This document shows positions 1 through 9,652 of a DNA stretch of 38,652 nt, piece after piece; within the stretch, counting starts at the first letter, position 1, and every line of letters starts with the position of its first letter. The notes beneath the pieces were generated by a model. It ran no database searches, was not told the DNA's origin, and was given only the letters and a program-made list of their open reading frames with translations. The stretch is from a virus (taxonomy: Duplodnaviria > Heunggongvirae > Uroviricota > Caudoviricetes). The stretch is taken from the IMG/VR virus record IMGVR_UViG_2671180727_000010; one strand, given 5' to 3'. The position numbers and the translations under genes are program-made.

Positions 1-98
1 CAGAAGCAGAAAAAGCTTATTATGCTTCCATCGGAAACGATGATCTGGCAGCCTGAGTTCACAGATAAAATACTCTCCAGGAAACCCGGGGCGGTTCA
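1..98 (+). mobile_element. Terminal 98 bp of an IS3-family insertion sequence (element body lies left of the window); + strand carries the last codons of its transposase
   Basis: 1-98 is the perfect reverse complement of 38517-38614; terminus reads ...GGGGCGGTTCA (IS3-family 5'-TG...CA-3' ends); + strand frame 1 reads ...QKQKKLIMLPSETMIWQPEFTDKILSRKPGAV; identity stops abruptly at 98/99. Resemblance to IS629/IS1203 ends is from memory only. Confidence 0.7.
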
Positions 99-2712
99 CA
101 GTCCCCTGGTTTGACATTACGCCCTTACCAGTTTTGGCCGCGTTATCTCTCTCGAACTCTGCCTGAGTCAGCTCCTGAGCAACGGCTTCCAAATGCTCCT
201 GATAACCACGAATACTGCCTTGCAGTTTCTGGATTTGCTCGGTATTGCCATCCTTTTTGGCTTTTTCAAGCTGATCATTAAGAGTCGCGATTTGCTTCTC
301 GGTCGCATTCTTACGAGAAGAAAGTGAATCAACCAGTTTTTGCGCAGGCTCCAGATAGCTTTTGTTTACCGTTTCACGTAACGGTGTCAATAGCTTGTTC
401 TTTTCGTCATCTGAAAGTGAACCGTCATCATTGATTTTCTGGATCTTATCCAGAGCCTCCTGCCGGGCTTTCACGAATGTTGCCGCGAAAATCTGGTTTT
501 CCGCTCGAATTTTCTCAATCTGAGATTCGGCAGCCTCTTTAGCCAAACGCTTTGCTACAGCGCCGTCACCAAGAGCTATCGTGCCGGTTATCTTTTGATA
601 CTCTTCCTGATTTTTTTTCAGGCGTGCTTCGATGTCAGCCTTCGACTCTTTGTGAGTAATAACACCGGCAGAGTTAGATACGTAATTAACACCCTCACCA
701 GTTTTTAATGCTCGTTGATCAGCAAGAATCTGCTTTTCGAGCTTTTCTGCGCGGTCGGCCATTTGTGCACGTTTGGCCGCTGTCATCGCTTCTGGTATTT
801 TCCTAATCTCGTCAACGACCTTTGAAGTTTCGCTGCGGAGCATGGTCATGTACGTGATTAGGCCAGCAACAGCTACAGTGGCAACTGTAAATGCTGCCCC
901 TATAGGGTTTGCTGCAATGAACGCCGTTAATCCAGCAAAAGCGCCTTTAAGCCCCGTAATCGCCCCACGGATGGCGAAAATAAGAGAGGGGATCGGAGCC
1001 AGCCCCATACGTGCCGCACGATTGAATCGAGTTACTGCTGTAGCGCCGAGGTTAAATGGAGTCTGTATGGCGGTCGCCATCGTGGCAAAGGTGCTAACCA
1101 TCTGGCTCCCAGCGCCAACTACCCCCATGATCCCTGCTCGCATCAGTTTGAACGCAACCATCGCGGCCACGACCTTACCGAGATTAATTACCAGCTCTTG
1201 GTTCTTTGCTAACCATTGAGCAAGCTGACGCAACCCATCGATTGCCGTCGTTAACCCCGAGCCTAAAGAATTGGCAAACGAAATCCCTTCGGCGCTATTC
1301 ATGATTGAAGCCAGTTCTTTCATCCCCTTCGATAGAGAATCCAGATATCCGGCCTGACCAACCCGATCAGCAAATAACGTGAATGACGTCTGAAGTTGCG
1401 CCAGCGCACCTGTGTAGGTTTGCATCATGTCTTTCGCTGCGTTCTCATTCTCCGCACGCAGACCAACAAACATCAGAGACAACGCCTGTTTTGCCTCAAC
1501 CGTACCGCTGGCAACGGCTTTAGTCAGTTCCCCCATAGTGATGCCTGCAGCGTCTGCCATTGCCTGCATCGCGTTAGGAACGGCTTCACCTAATTGCTGA
1601 CGTAGCTCTTCCATTGACACAACGCCCTTACCGGACATCTGCTGAACGGCCACAGCCGCACGTTTCAACAGCTCACTATCACCACCAAAACGAGCAACGG
1701 AGTCCACCAGCGCCTTCAGAGAACCATCGGTTGGATCTAAGCCAGCAGAACGAAACTTCACGAAGGAATCTGTTAACGCCTGCATCGCGAACGGCGCATT
1801 TTGCGCCATGTCTACGATGTACTTCATATCATCAGCGGCAGCCTGGCCCGGGTTGGACTTCTCCTTATTCAACCCTCGAAGCATCACCCGCATACGTTCC
1901 ATTTCGGCCGCAGCTTCAACAATAGGCTTCTGCCACCCAAACATGATGTCAGTAACCGTTCTGGCTGCATCTCCGATCTCGCCAAGCAGGAAAATGTTGC
2001 CACGAAGGCCAGAGAACATACCTCCTTCGTTACTTTTACCGCTATGGCCAGAAGCGCCGCTACGCCGCCCGCTACCACCATCGCCACTTCCAGATGTACG
2101 AACGCGTACCGGCTTGCTAATCAGTTGCTGACGTCCGATAACTTCGTCCATCTGCTCACGAACCTTTTTCAGTCCCTCGGCAGCCTGACTCGTTGTGACA
2201 CCCCAATTACTGAGTCGCTTCGTCGTGGTATTAAGGCGCGTATTCATGCCACTCACGGACGCAGAGGCTTCTTTGACCTCCGTACCAAAGCGGCTTGCGC
2301 TTTTGCTTGCATAGGTCGCCCAATCAGAGAAATCATTTAGCTCTGATTGCACTTTACGTAATGACGCGGTGAGTTTATCTACTGAAGAAGTTGTCGTATC
2401 GACGCGCTCAATCAGGGCTTTAAGACCAGAATTGAGGCTGGTGATGTTGCCACGCATTTTACGCGTAGCATCTGAAGCAAGCTCAAAACCGGCAGCTACA
2501 TCCTGTAGTTTATCTGCCGTAGAATCGAGCTTGCTTTCCAGAACGCCAATGATACGGGCGACCGAACCCAAAGAGCGTTCAAAGGTTTGGATTTTTTGAG
2601 CAGGCTTTGTTACCTGCTCACCAAATCGAGTAAGCAGTTTCCCCGCACGATCGATTGACGCTGTAAACTGTTTGTCTTCCAGCGACAGGATAAACTCTAC
2701 GTTTTGTGACAT
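99..2712 (-). CDS. Tail tape measure protein, N-terminal ~871 codons; 3' end interrupted by the IS insertion at 98/99
   Basis: ATG at 2712 (MSQNVEFILSLEDKQFTASIDRAGKLLTRFGEQ..., hand-translated); frame stays open to the window edge; long helical Ala/Gln/Lys-rich sequence with a hydrophobic central stretch; sits immediately downstream of the G/GT chaperone pair; protein character changes exactly at the IS junction. Confidence 0.65.
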
Positions 2713-2719
2713 TCCCTTG

Positions 2720-3106
2720 TCATCCTCTGCCAAATATTTGCATCAGTTGCTCTTTGGCGTCAGGGTCTGCCTTATCCTGGCTTGGATCGTAGACTTTATC
2801 TGTTACGACTGGTCTTCCAATCCTGAGTTGCAAACCCTCCATGAACGCCTTCACAGCCTCGCCATCCGCCTGGGACGCACGAGCGACTTGTAAGTTGCGG
2901 ACATCCTCTTCCGCACGCAGACGGTCTATATTGCGACTGAGCATCCAGAACATCGTGAGAGGAACGTTCAGTAGCTCTAATGGCGACACGGCGTAGTGAG
3001 CAACTACACGACTGAAATAGAATCCGAGATCTATTGAGACGGTCCTTGTCCCGGATTCATCGCGGGAAATTACTTTGCCCCTTCGCCAGCCGCTTTTTCG
3101 TTTTCT
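2720..3106 (-). CDS. Tail assembly chaperone frameshift extension (T part of a G/GT pair)
   Basis: Frame -1 relative to the G ORF is open from 3106 to the stop at 2720, overlapping the 3' end of G; an A-run (GAAAAAG, ~3093-3099) lies in the overlap; classic position between major tail and tape measure genes. Confidence 0.45.
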   Translation of the reverse strand, partial: RKRKSGWRRGKVISRDESGTRTVSIDLGFYFSRVVAHYAVSPLELLNVPLTMFWMLSRNIDRLRAEEDVRNLQVARASQADGEAVKAFMEGLQLRIGRPVVTDKVYDPSQDKADPDAKEQLMQIFGRG

Positions 3107-3387
3107 TCATCAATCACTTCCATAGCGAAGGTGAAGATCTGCTGGAGTTGCGGAACAGTCAGTTTTTCAAGAACTTCGTCAGGTACTGAAGGGATAACCT
3201 TACGAACCAGATCTGCATAAGCTGTCACTTGCTCAACAGGAGACATATTCATGAGATCTTTGCCTTCCATCTGCTTGATGGAAACGAACAGACCTACCGT
3301 CATTTCAACGATGGGATATTCCTGACCGCCAAATTTGATGCTTTTCTTCGGAGGCAGAATGGAATCTAGATCGAGTAATTTGGTCAT
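3070..3387 (-). CDS. Tail assembly chaperone (gpG-like)
   Basis: 105-aa ORF between major tail protein and tape measure genes, with an overlapping -1 frame ORF downstream. Confidence 0.5.
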   Translation of the reverse strand: MTKLLDLDSILPPKKSIKFGGQEYPIVEMTVGLFVSIKQMEGKDLMNMSPVEQVTAYADLVRKVIPSVPDEVLEKLTVPQLQQIFTFAMEVIDEENEKAAGEGAK

Positions 3388-3442
3388 TGGTTAAAATCCT
3401 TTTAAAAGAGAGGCCCATCCTGAGCCTCTGCTTAATTACTGA

Positions 3443-4189
3443 TTAATCTGCGGGGTTAATCGTTACTGACTTAGTTGCCTTCTTACCACCGCTATTGCTG
3501 GTGAAGGAGATATTTGTAGAACCCTGCGCCACACCACGTACCAGACCCGTTTGATCTACCGTGGCCTTTTCCTGGTCTTCGGATTCCCAAACACCGGTTT
3601 TGTCTGCGGCATCAGCTGGAGTGATTTCGGCTGTCAGTTGCACAGTTTCTCCAGCTTTTACGGTTGGAGATTCCGGTGAGATCGACACAGTTTTTACCGG
3701 TTTAGGACCGCTCATTTTGCCCAGAACGCCTTCATCATCCGGGTATGCGCTGAACTGAACAGAGAACACACGAACATCATCAGACTGGTAGGTCATAGTG
3801 AAGTTGCCCGCGGTTGCCGCTTTCGGGATGGTCAACACATAGTCGGTGGTGTCCTGCGGAGTCAGAACCAGCTCCTTCGCCACATCAATCAGGTTAACGC
3901 CCTGTGCAGATGTGATCGTGACAGAGTTGTCATCTTCGCTCAGAGTAGAACCAGGCATCAGGTCAACCATGTTTTGGAGTACAGACTCAGCCAGAGGCGC
4001 GGTGATGGTAATGTTGCGCCCCTGAACTAATTCGGAAATTACGGTCTGCCCCAACTGATCGACGGTGACTTTCAGCGTTTCAGTGGCTACTTCAACCTGA
4101 ACACCACCTTTGGTGTAACCCAAATCCACACCACCAAACGACACCTTACAGGCACCAAGTTTGATGTTTTTTACATGGGTATTAGACAT
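3443..4189 (-). CDS. Major tail (tube) protein with C-terminal Ig-like (Big_2-type) domain
   Basis: ATG at 4189 preceded by AAGGAG (track ORF extends to 4225 via upstream starts); C-terminal sequence ...VKAGETVQLTAEITPADAADKTGVWESEDQEKATVDQTGLV... is typical of Big_2 domains; position upstream of G/GT. Confidence 0.65.
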   Translation of the reverse strand: MSNTHVKNIKLGACKVSFGGVDLGYTKGGVQVEVATETLKVTVDQLGQTVISELVQGRNITITAPLAESVLQNMVDLMPGSTLSEDDNSVTITSAQGVNLIDVAKELVLTPQDTTDYVLTIPKAATAGNFTMTYQSDDVRVFSVQFSAYPDDEGVLGKMSGPKPVKTVSISPESPTVKAGETVQLTAEITPADAADKTGVWESEDQEKATVDQTGLVRGVAQGSTNISFTSNSGGKKATKSVTINPAD

Positions 4190-4238
4190 TGATGGAAAAC
4201 TCCTTTTTCCGTTAATTCTACGCATTCATTGCGCTAAT

Positions 4239-4254
4239 AGTAAGTATATACTTA
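4239..4254. promoter_or_regulatory. 16-bp perfect palindrome GTAAGTATATACTTAC upstream of the major tail gene (putative operator)
   Basis: Perfect dyad; same palindrome with a different centre at 24056-24071. Confidence 0.45.
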
Positions 4255-4263
4255 CCAATTGAG

Positions 4264-4647
4264 TTAATTCAATAAATAGCCAGCAAATTCAACAGGAATG
4301 CCTGCTTCTATTAATGCCCCATCATTTTTGGGATAAATGATTGGCATCGCCATCGGTCGTACAAGTCGAAAATAAACACCACCAGATTCCGTTTCCTCTA
4401 CTGGAAACATCTCAATGATTTTATGGGCTTTCTCAACCGTCGTAGTAATTGACGAACCACGCACAATGATTGTGAATGATTCGTGATAAAAGCCCTGTAG
4501 CTCATGATCGATGCTGATGCCGGTATTTGGGTTAATAAGCAGGACGCCAGATTTCACATTGGCAGGCAAGTAGTGACAGAAAATGTCAGTCCCGACCGTG
4601 CCAATCTTTGCCTTCTGCATCAAACTTGCAAACGCTTCAATAAACAC
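4264..4647 (-). CDS. Phage neck / tail-terminator-like protein (function uncertain)
   Basis: Track ORF 4264..4770; likely start is GTG at 4647 preceded by GAGAGG, overlapping the stop of the upstream gene; synteny between head and tail genes. Confidence 0.4.
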   Translation of the reverse strand: MFIEAFASLMQKAKIGTVGTDIFCHYLPANVKSGVLLINPNTGISIDHELQGFYHESFTIIVRGSSITTTVEKAHKIIEMFPVEETESGGVYFRLVRPMAMPIIYPKNDGALIEAGIPVEFAGYLLN

Positions 4648-4648
4648 A

Positions 4649-5122
4649 TTAACCTCTCGTAAATCCGGCTTTTCTGGCAGCCTCAAGAATCGCTTCTGAG
4701 AACTGCTTCTCGCTAATTTCCACCGCTCTTTCCAGAAAGTGTGGCCCAACACGGGGTTTAACACCGGCAATTGGTGGGTTTGTCACGTTCTTCATTCGAG
4801 AAAGATAACCGAGTCGGTATTTACCCAGCTCCATGTACTTAGCATAGTCACCTACTTCTACGCCCGGATGCCCCTGACGTGGTTTTGCTCCAGACACAGA
4901 AAGCTCAATACGCAGCCCTGAATAACCTTCTTTAATCACCCTGGCAAAGATGGCTGTCTCCAGAGATCCGGTTTCCAGCGGGGCCATTGCACGGCTGAGA
5001 CGCTCAACCAAACGCGCCAGCTTTTCCATGTCCCGGATAAGATATCGCTTAAATGCTTTCTGGCTGTTGTTGAGTCGATTCCCCGCACGTTTGAACTGAT
5101 GCGCATCGTATTTCAGACCCAT
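4649..5122 (-). CDS. Phage head-tail joining protein (putative)
   Basis: 157-aa ORF, coupled to neighbours, in the neck region of the late operon. Confidence 0.4.
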   Translation of the reverse strand: MGLKYDAHQFKRAGNRLNNSQKAFKRYLIRDMEKLARLVERLSRAMAPLETGSLETAIFARVIKEGYSGLRIELSVSGAKPRQGHPGVEVGDYAKYMELGKYRLGYLSRMKNVTNPPIAGVKPRVGPHFLERAVEISEKQFSEAILEAARKAGFTRG

Positions 5123-5457
5123 ATATTCGCCCCTACTTCAAGATGCCCAGGTCTTCCTCGTAGCCCCCAGCGGCGATGAACACTGGACACCTTTAATTTT
5201 TGACCTTCAAGGATCAGCACATCATCAAGTTGTACAGCCGCTTCTAAAGGGACAACTAACACAGCATCAAACAGCTCCAGACTCGCCTTACCACGACTAC
5301 CAGAGCTATCAGCACGAACTGACGATTTCTCATTACTCTGTTCGAACTTAACCACGCCGACATTCGTCTTCCTGACGAATTGTAATTGCGCCTCGCCGTA
5401 AACGTTCTTTGCGCCAAAGCGGTAGATCGCAATTTCTGTTTGCCACGAAATATTCAT
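5113..5457 (-). CDS. Phage head-tail connector / completion protein (putative)
   Basis: Track ORF 5113..5553; ATG at 5457 preceded by a GAGAGAGAG Shine-Dalgarno stretch is the likely start (MNISWQTEIAIYRFG...). Confidence 0.4.
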   Translation of the reverse strand: MNISWQTEIAIYRFGAKNVYGEAQLQFVRKTNVGVVKFEQSNEKSSVRADSSGSRGKASLELFDAVLVVPLEAAVQLDDVLILEGQKLKVSSVHRRWGLRGRPGHLEVGANIWV

Positions 5458-5536
5458 GCTCTCTCTCTGTTGTTGTCGGTCGCTCTCATTACTGGCCAAA
5501 AACCCTTTCGACCAAAAGTAAATAATGCGACTGGCG

Positions 5537-6370
5537 TTACGCACGGCGAACAATCATACGGTTGTTGATGTAACTGACCAGCAAGCGCCAGGTACTGCGA
5601 GCCACATGCACGTTTGCAGCTTTACCGGTACGGTACATGTTGGTTGTTTCACCGATTGACTCTGACAAAATGCCATCCTCTCGTGCTGCGGCAACATCAT
5701 TGCCATTTGCGATCTCACACGCTTCGTTGACAACGGCAAGCATCAACGCTTCTTTGAAGTAGTCAGGGAACTCTTCAAACTTCTCCTGCGTCATCTTTTC
5801 CCAATCGACTAAATCATGCCGGTACGCTCCATCTGCTCCCCACGGAATGTCATACACATTCAGCATATTTTGAGGGCGATCGTATCGGTCAAAGTCGATA
5901 CGTAGAATTTTGCGGATTGAGAACGGTAAAGTTTTAATTCGTCTGGTAGCCTCAATGAGACGCTTGCGCATTAAGCCTTCACCATCCGACAGCAAAGTGT
6001 CCCCATTCAGCATATCGATCGCTTGCATTTGAGCATCAGCGACAGTTGCAAACGACTGTTCTGGTATCGACAGTTCAAAACTATTCAGCAGAACATACAT
6101 TTGCCGCTCTTCATGCGTCAGACCCGATGCAACAGCCTTCACAATGACGTACCGCAGATCGCGTTCTTTCTCAGAGAGCTGGTTATATTCAGCCGACACG
6201 ACAACCGGAATCGACATTTGACCGCTGGTAATTTCTAGCGGCTCGCCATCAACGAGAATAGCCCCGGTGCTGTCCTTTACTGTGTAGGTAGCAGATTCGA
6301 TATCCAGCACGTTGAAGGCAAATGAAAGGGAAACAGCTTCACCGCTACGATACGAGTCGATCTGCGCCAT
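5537..6370 (-). CDS. Phage structural protein, unknown function (277 aa)
   Basis: ORF in the late operon between the decoration-like and neck genes; no recognisable motif. Confidence 0.45.
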   Translation of the reverse strand: MAQIDSYRSGEAVSLSFAFNVLDIESATYTVKDSTGAILVDGEPLEITSGQMSIPVVVSAEYNQLSEKERDLRYVIVKAVASGLTHEERQMYVLLNSFELSIPEQSFATVADAQMQAIDMLNGDTLLSDGEGLMRKRLIEATRRIKTLPFSIRKILRIDFDRYDRPQNMLNVYDIPWGADGAYRHDLVDWEKMTQEKFEEFPDYFKEALMLAVVNEACEIANGNDVAAAREDGILSESIGETTNMYRTGKAANVHVARSTWRLLVSYINNRMIVRRA

Positions 6371-6804
6371 TACTCACCGCCTTGTGCTTTCAGGATGCCT
6401 TCAATCATCTCGACAATTCCTTTCGCTTTGACACCAACCTGATTACCAATCACACGTAGACCGGCAATGCCTTCATTGTCTGCAATTGACTCCAACTCTT
6501 CTCGTGTGAAAGTCTGGATCTGTTTGGCCGGTTCATCTGGTGTCCCACGTTTCATTGGCACAATGTCAGGTGCTGCTGGCTCGGTAATCAGGTCTGCGGT
6601 CAACTCGCCACGATCACTGTATGCGGCAGACGGAGAAACATTTTTGCCCTCGACTGTTGATGCTCGCATTGAGGCACAAATCCTTTGCTGATCGATAAAA
6701 GGCAACTCCGCTACGGACACCCCGTTCTCGAACTGAACGCCGCACAACATTCCCGAATAACCGGAAAATTGCGGTTCTAATAAAACAATTTTTGCTGGTT
6801 TCAT
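6370..6804 (-). CDS. Phage structural protein, unknown function (144 aa)
   Basis: ORF abutting the downstream gene (stop/start at 6370); late-operon synteny. Confidence 0.45.
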   Translation of the reverse strand: MKPAKIVLLEPQFSGYSGMLCGVQFENGVSVAELPFIDQQRICASMRASTVEGKNVSPSAAYSDRGELTADLITEPAAPDIVPMKRGTPDEPAKQIQTFTREELESIADNEGIAGLRVIGNQVGVKAKGIVEMIEGILKAQGGE

Positions 6805-6848
6805 AACGCATTCTCTCTACATGGGCGGCTTTCGCCGCCCAATATTGA

Positions 6849-7769
6849 TTATTCCTGTGCAGCAGTGACTTCTACGGTCGCTGTCGCTTTGTGGCTACCA
6901 TCTTGGGTAGTAACCTCGATTGTGGCAGTACCAGCCGCAACGCCAGTTACAACACCGGTTTCGCTATCCACCGTTGCAAACTCGGTATTTTTGGATTCCC
7001 AAGTAACGGTTTTATTTGTTGCTCCTGCCGGCTCGACATTTGCGGTCAGCTGAACAGTTTTGTTTGCCTCAACGGTTGTGCTATTTGGGTCGATTTCGAC
7101 GCCGGTAACAGCCACAACAGGCGCAGTTACTTCCACCGTTGCAGTTGCCTTTTTGCTGCCATCTTGGGAAACGATCTCAATCGTCGCAGTGCCAACTTCT
7201 ACACCAGTAACGTTCCCGCTCTGGTCTACCGTTGCCTTATCTTCATTTTTGGAAGACCAGGTAACAGCCTTATTCGTCGCATTTGACGGCTGAACATTCG
7301 CTTTCAGACTGACTGATTTCCCTTTCTCAACAGACGTTGATTCTGGCGTTACCGTTACGGATTGAACGGCTACCGGATTTACGGTGACTTCCACTGAAGC
7401 GGAAAGCTGGGTTTCCTGATCAGTTGCAGTAATTTTTACTTTGCCTGGTGCTACGCCAGTTACTAATCCAGTGCCGTTAACGGTTGCAATTTGGTCATTG
7501 GCTGACTTCCAGGTGAATGAACTGGCACTCTTACCCATACTAATACCTGCACTAAGTTGAACAGTTTTCCCAACCAAAACTGACGGTGAAGCCGGGGTTA
7601 TGTTTACGGATTGGGAGAGGGGAACCGCCTGCAAACAAGCAGATAGCTGACTTTGTTGCCGCTCAGTTAAAGGTTGATCGGAGATAGAATTGGTAAATCC
7701 GGCACGGCACATATGCCCCGTAAAATCCGAAAATGCCTCTTCCGTAATCTTCATCTTTTGTTCTGGCAT
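6849..7769 (-). CDS. Ig-like (Big_2 repeat) head decoration-type protein
   Basis: Three tandem Ig-like repeats (e.g. VTVTPESTSVEKGKSVSLKANVQP...TWSSKNEDKATVDQSGNVTGVEVGTATIEI); directly downstream of the capsid gene. Confidence 0.6.
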   Translation of the reverse strand: MPEQKMKITEEAFSDFTGHMCRAGFTNSISDQPLTERQQSQLSACLQAVPLSQSVNITPASPSVLVGKTVQLSAGISMGKSASSFTWKSANDQIATVNGTGLVTGVAPGKVKITATDQETQLSASVEVTVNPVAVQSVTVTPESTSVEKGKSVSLKANVQPSNATNKAVTWSSKNEDKATVDQSGNVTGVEVGTATIEIVSQDGSKKATATVEVTAPVVAVTGVEIDPNSTTVEANKTVQLTANVEPAGATNKTVTWESKNTEFATVDSETGVVTGVAAGTATIEVTTQDGSHKATATVEVTAAQE

Positions 7770-7782
7770 TTCTCGCTCCTAC

Positions 7783-7811
7783 AAAAAGGGTGGGCGTATA
7801 GCCCACCCTTT
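7783..7811 (-). terminator. Intrinsic terminator after the major capsid gene (probably partial read-through)
   Basis: Minus strand GGGTGGGC-tata-CGCCCACCC followed by TTTTT, 30 bp after the capsid stop. Confidence 0.6.
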
Positions 7812-7842
7812 AACATAGATAACTACTTATCTACTACACTGA

Positions 7843-8718
7843 TTAAATTTTTACATTGGTCAGTGCAGCGATAGCCTTATCGTGCTTATTCGCCAGAGAG
7901 CAGTACCACTTCACACGGGTACGTACTGCGTCTTTGTTCTGTACAGTACCAATGTTTTCAACAACGATACCTGCGTTGTCGCCGCCATACAGACCAGTAA
8001 CGCCGTTCTCTTCTGACAGATGCAGGCAGTAGATGCTTGCTTTGCCAGAATCGGTCGGGATGAAGTCGTTGATGATGAACGGAACGCCGTTATGACACAG
8101 CATCGGACGACCGAAGTTCTCCATCATGATTTCAGACGGACCTACGTTTACTGTACGCAGCAGCGCACGGTAAGCACGCAGGTGCTCTGAACGCATCATG
8201 ATGCAGTCAGCACCAAGATCTTTCACCGCATCGACCAGTTCGTCGAACATAGAGAAAGTCATAGATGCACCGGCGATATCGATCTTCTGATCTGCGTGCA
8301 TCAGGCGTGGAATGCCGTCAAACGCCTTGTTGTTGGAGCTGGAGTCACCCAAAATCAGGTTGCGACGGAACGCACGAGCCAGACCTTTAACTTTCTGACG
8401 AACCTGAATAGCCAACTGGTTGTTGGTGTCGGCCATAGTGGTCGCCAGGAATTTATCAACGTCTACGTCACCAGCCAGAATACGCAGTTTCGCAACGCAT
8501 TCTTCGAAGGTTGCTGCACCTTCAGGGATGGTGTCGTTAACGTCGATGAAGGTAGCTTCACTCAGCGTTTTTTCACGGTTGTACAGATATGCCTTTGAAT
8601 TAATTTTCATAAAAGGCAGGATGGCAAACAGGTCATCGCGATCGATGATAGTTTCGATCACACCCTGTTCAAGTTCGTTGTTAGACAGCTTTTCAGCTTC
8701 TTCACGCAGTAATGGCAT
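7843..8718 (-). CDS. Major capsid protein (putative)
   Basis: 291-aa ORF following the scaffold-like gene in terS-terL-portal-scaffold-capsid order; followed by a terminator, as expected for the most abundant product. No homology verified. Confidence 0.55.
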   Translation of the reverse strand: MPLLREEAEKLSNNELEQGVIETIIDRDDLFAILPFMKINSKAYLYNREKTLSEATFIDVNDTIPEGAATFEECVAKLRILAGDVDVDKFLATTMADTNNQLAIQVRQKVKGLARAFRRNLILGDSSSNNKAFDGIPRLMHADQKIDIAGASMTFSMFDELVDAVKDLGADCIMMRSEHLRAYRALLRTVNVGPSEIMMENFGRPMLCHNGVPFIINDFIPTDSGKASIYCLHLSEENGVTGLYGGDNAGIVVENIGTVQNKDAVRTRVKWYCSLANKHDKAIAALTNVKI

Positions 8719-8743
8719 CTATCAATTCCCTTTGATTTAGATG

Positions 8744-9631
8744 TTACTTAAGTCCAATTTTCCCCAGACCGGAGGCCAACTTATCCATAGTCGACTTGTT
8801 CTTCGGTTGGGATATTGTGTAGGTCGATTTGGAATGTGAGCCTACACCCTGCTTGGCTTCGCTACGCATCAATGCGTCAGCTTCCGGATCTGCCCGCACA
8901 ATGCGTTCAATCGCGGATTCAAACGGCAACGGCTTACCTTCACCGTCAACCAGAACAGCTCGTTCTTTGTGACCTGCCGGTTTGTCATAACCCACTACGC
9001 TACCGTCTTCACCCACTTCAAAATGAGAACCGTAGATCACGCGGGCTTTTGCCGGGGTCATCAGAACTTTGTCACGTAGGAAGAGAGAGTTACTGAAGGA
9101 AGCGCCCACGGTCATCTCGACTAATTGAGATTTCAGTGATGCGTTTTCACTTTCCAGTGCTGCATAACGTTCGTCACGCTGTGCCAGCTCTGCCTGGTGT
9201 GCTTCGATCATCTGTTTTTTAACAGCATCGAACTCACCACGACGCTCCAGTTCAGCTTGCTCCGCCTCACGACGTGCGTTTTCTGCGGCCTGTTCAGCTT
9301 CTAAAAGCTGGCGAGCACGAGCCGGATCGATATCACCGTACTGAGCAAGCTGATCGGCCAATGTGCGCTCTTTCTCTTTGCGCTTCATGTTCTCCTTCAG
9401 CAGTTCAGCACCAGCTTTCTTGGTTTTACGAAGTTCGGCCAGTAACTCTTCCTGAGTCATGCCAGCGTATTCGTCATCGCCCTTCGGCTGCTCTTTTTGT
9501 TCACCCTGTTTGTCAGGATCTTGTGTACTCTGCTCATTATCAGCAGCTACACCGCCAGCGCCTCCACGCTCATGCGCTTCAGCGACATCCATCAGACCAC
9601 GACGGGCCAAAAGCATTTGCCACAGATTCAT
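8744..9631 (-). CDS. Scaffolding protein (putative)
   Basis: Highly charged, coiled-coil-like (..AEQAAENARREAEQAELERRGEFDAVKKQMIEAHQAELAQRDERYAALESENASLKSQL..); between portal and capsid genes. Confidence 0.5.
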   Translation of the reverse strand: MNLWQMLLARRGLMDVAEAHERGGAGGVAADNEQSTQDPDKQGEQKEQPKGDDEYAGMTQEELLAELRKTKKAGAELLKENMKRKEKERTLADQLAQYGDIDPARARQLLEAEQAAENARREAEQAELERRGEFDAVKKQMIEAHQAELAQRDERYAALESENASLKSQLVEMTVGASFSNSLFLRDKVLMTPAKARVIYGSHFEVGEDGSVVGYDKPAGHKERAVLVDGEGKPLPFESAIERIVRADPEADALMRSEAKQGVGSHSKSTYTISQPKNKSTMDKLASGLGKIGLK

Positions 9632-9652
9632 AAAAATTCCTTTTGTTACTTA

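Noticed and set aside
1-98. Reading the first 98 bp as the natural continuation of the tape-measure gene
   Set aside because: The frame stays open, but the sequence is identical to the far end of the window in inverted orientation, has IS3-type termini, and the protein character changes exactly at position 98/99; an IS end is the better explanation.
773-2599. Plus-strand ORFs (773..1219, 1396..1593, 1614..1925, 1801..2340, 1808..2131, 2369..2599) and the minus ORF 1884..2087
   Set aside because: They lie antisense to, or out of frame within, the long tape-measure reading frame; their products are low-complexity Ala/Pro/Ser/Arg-rich strings typical of antisense translation.
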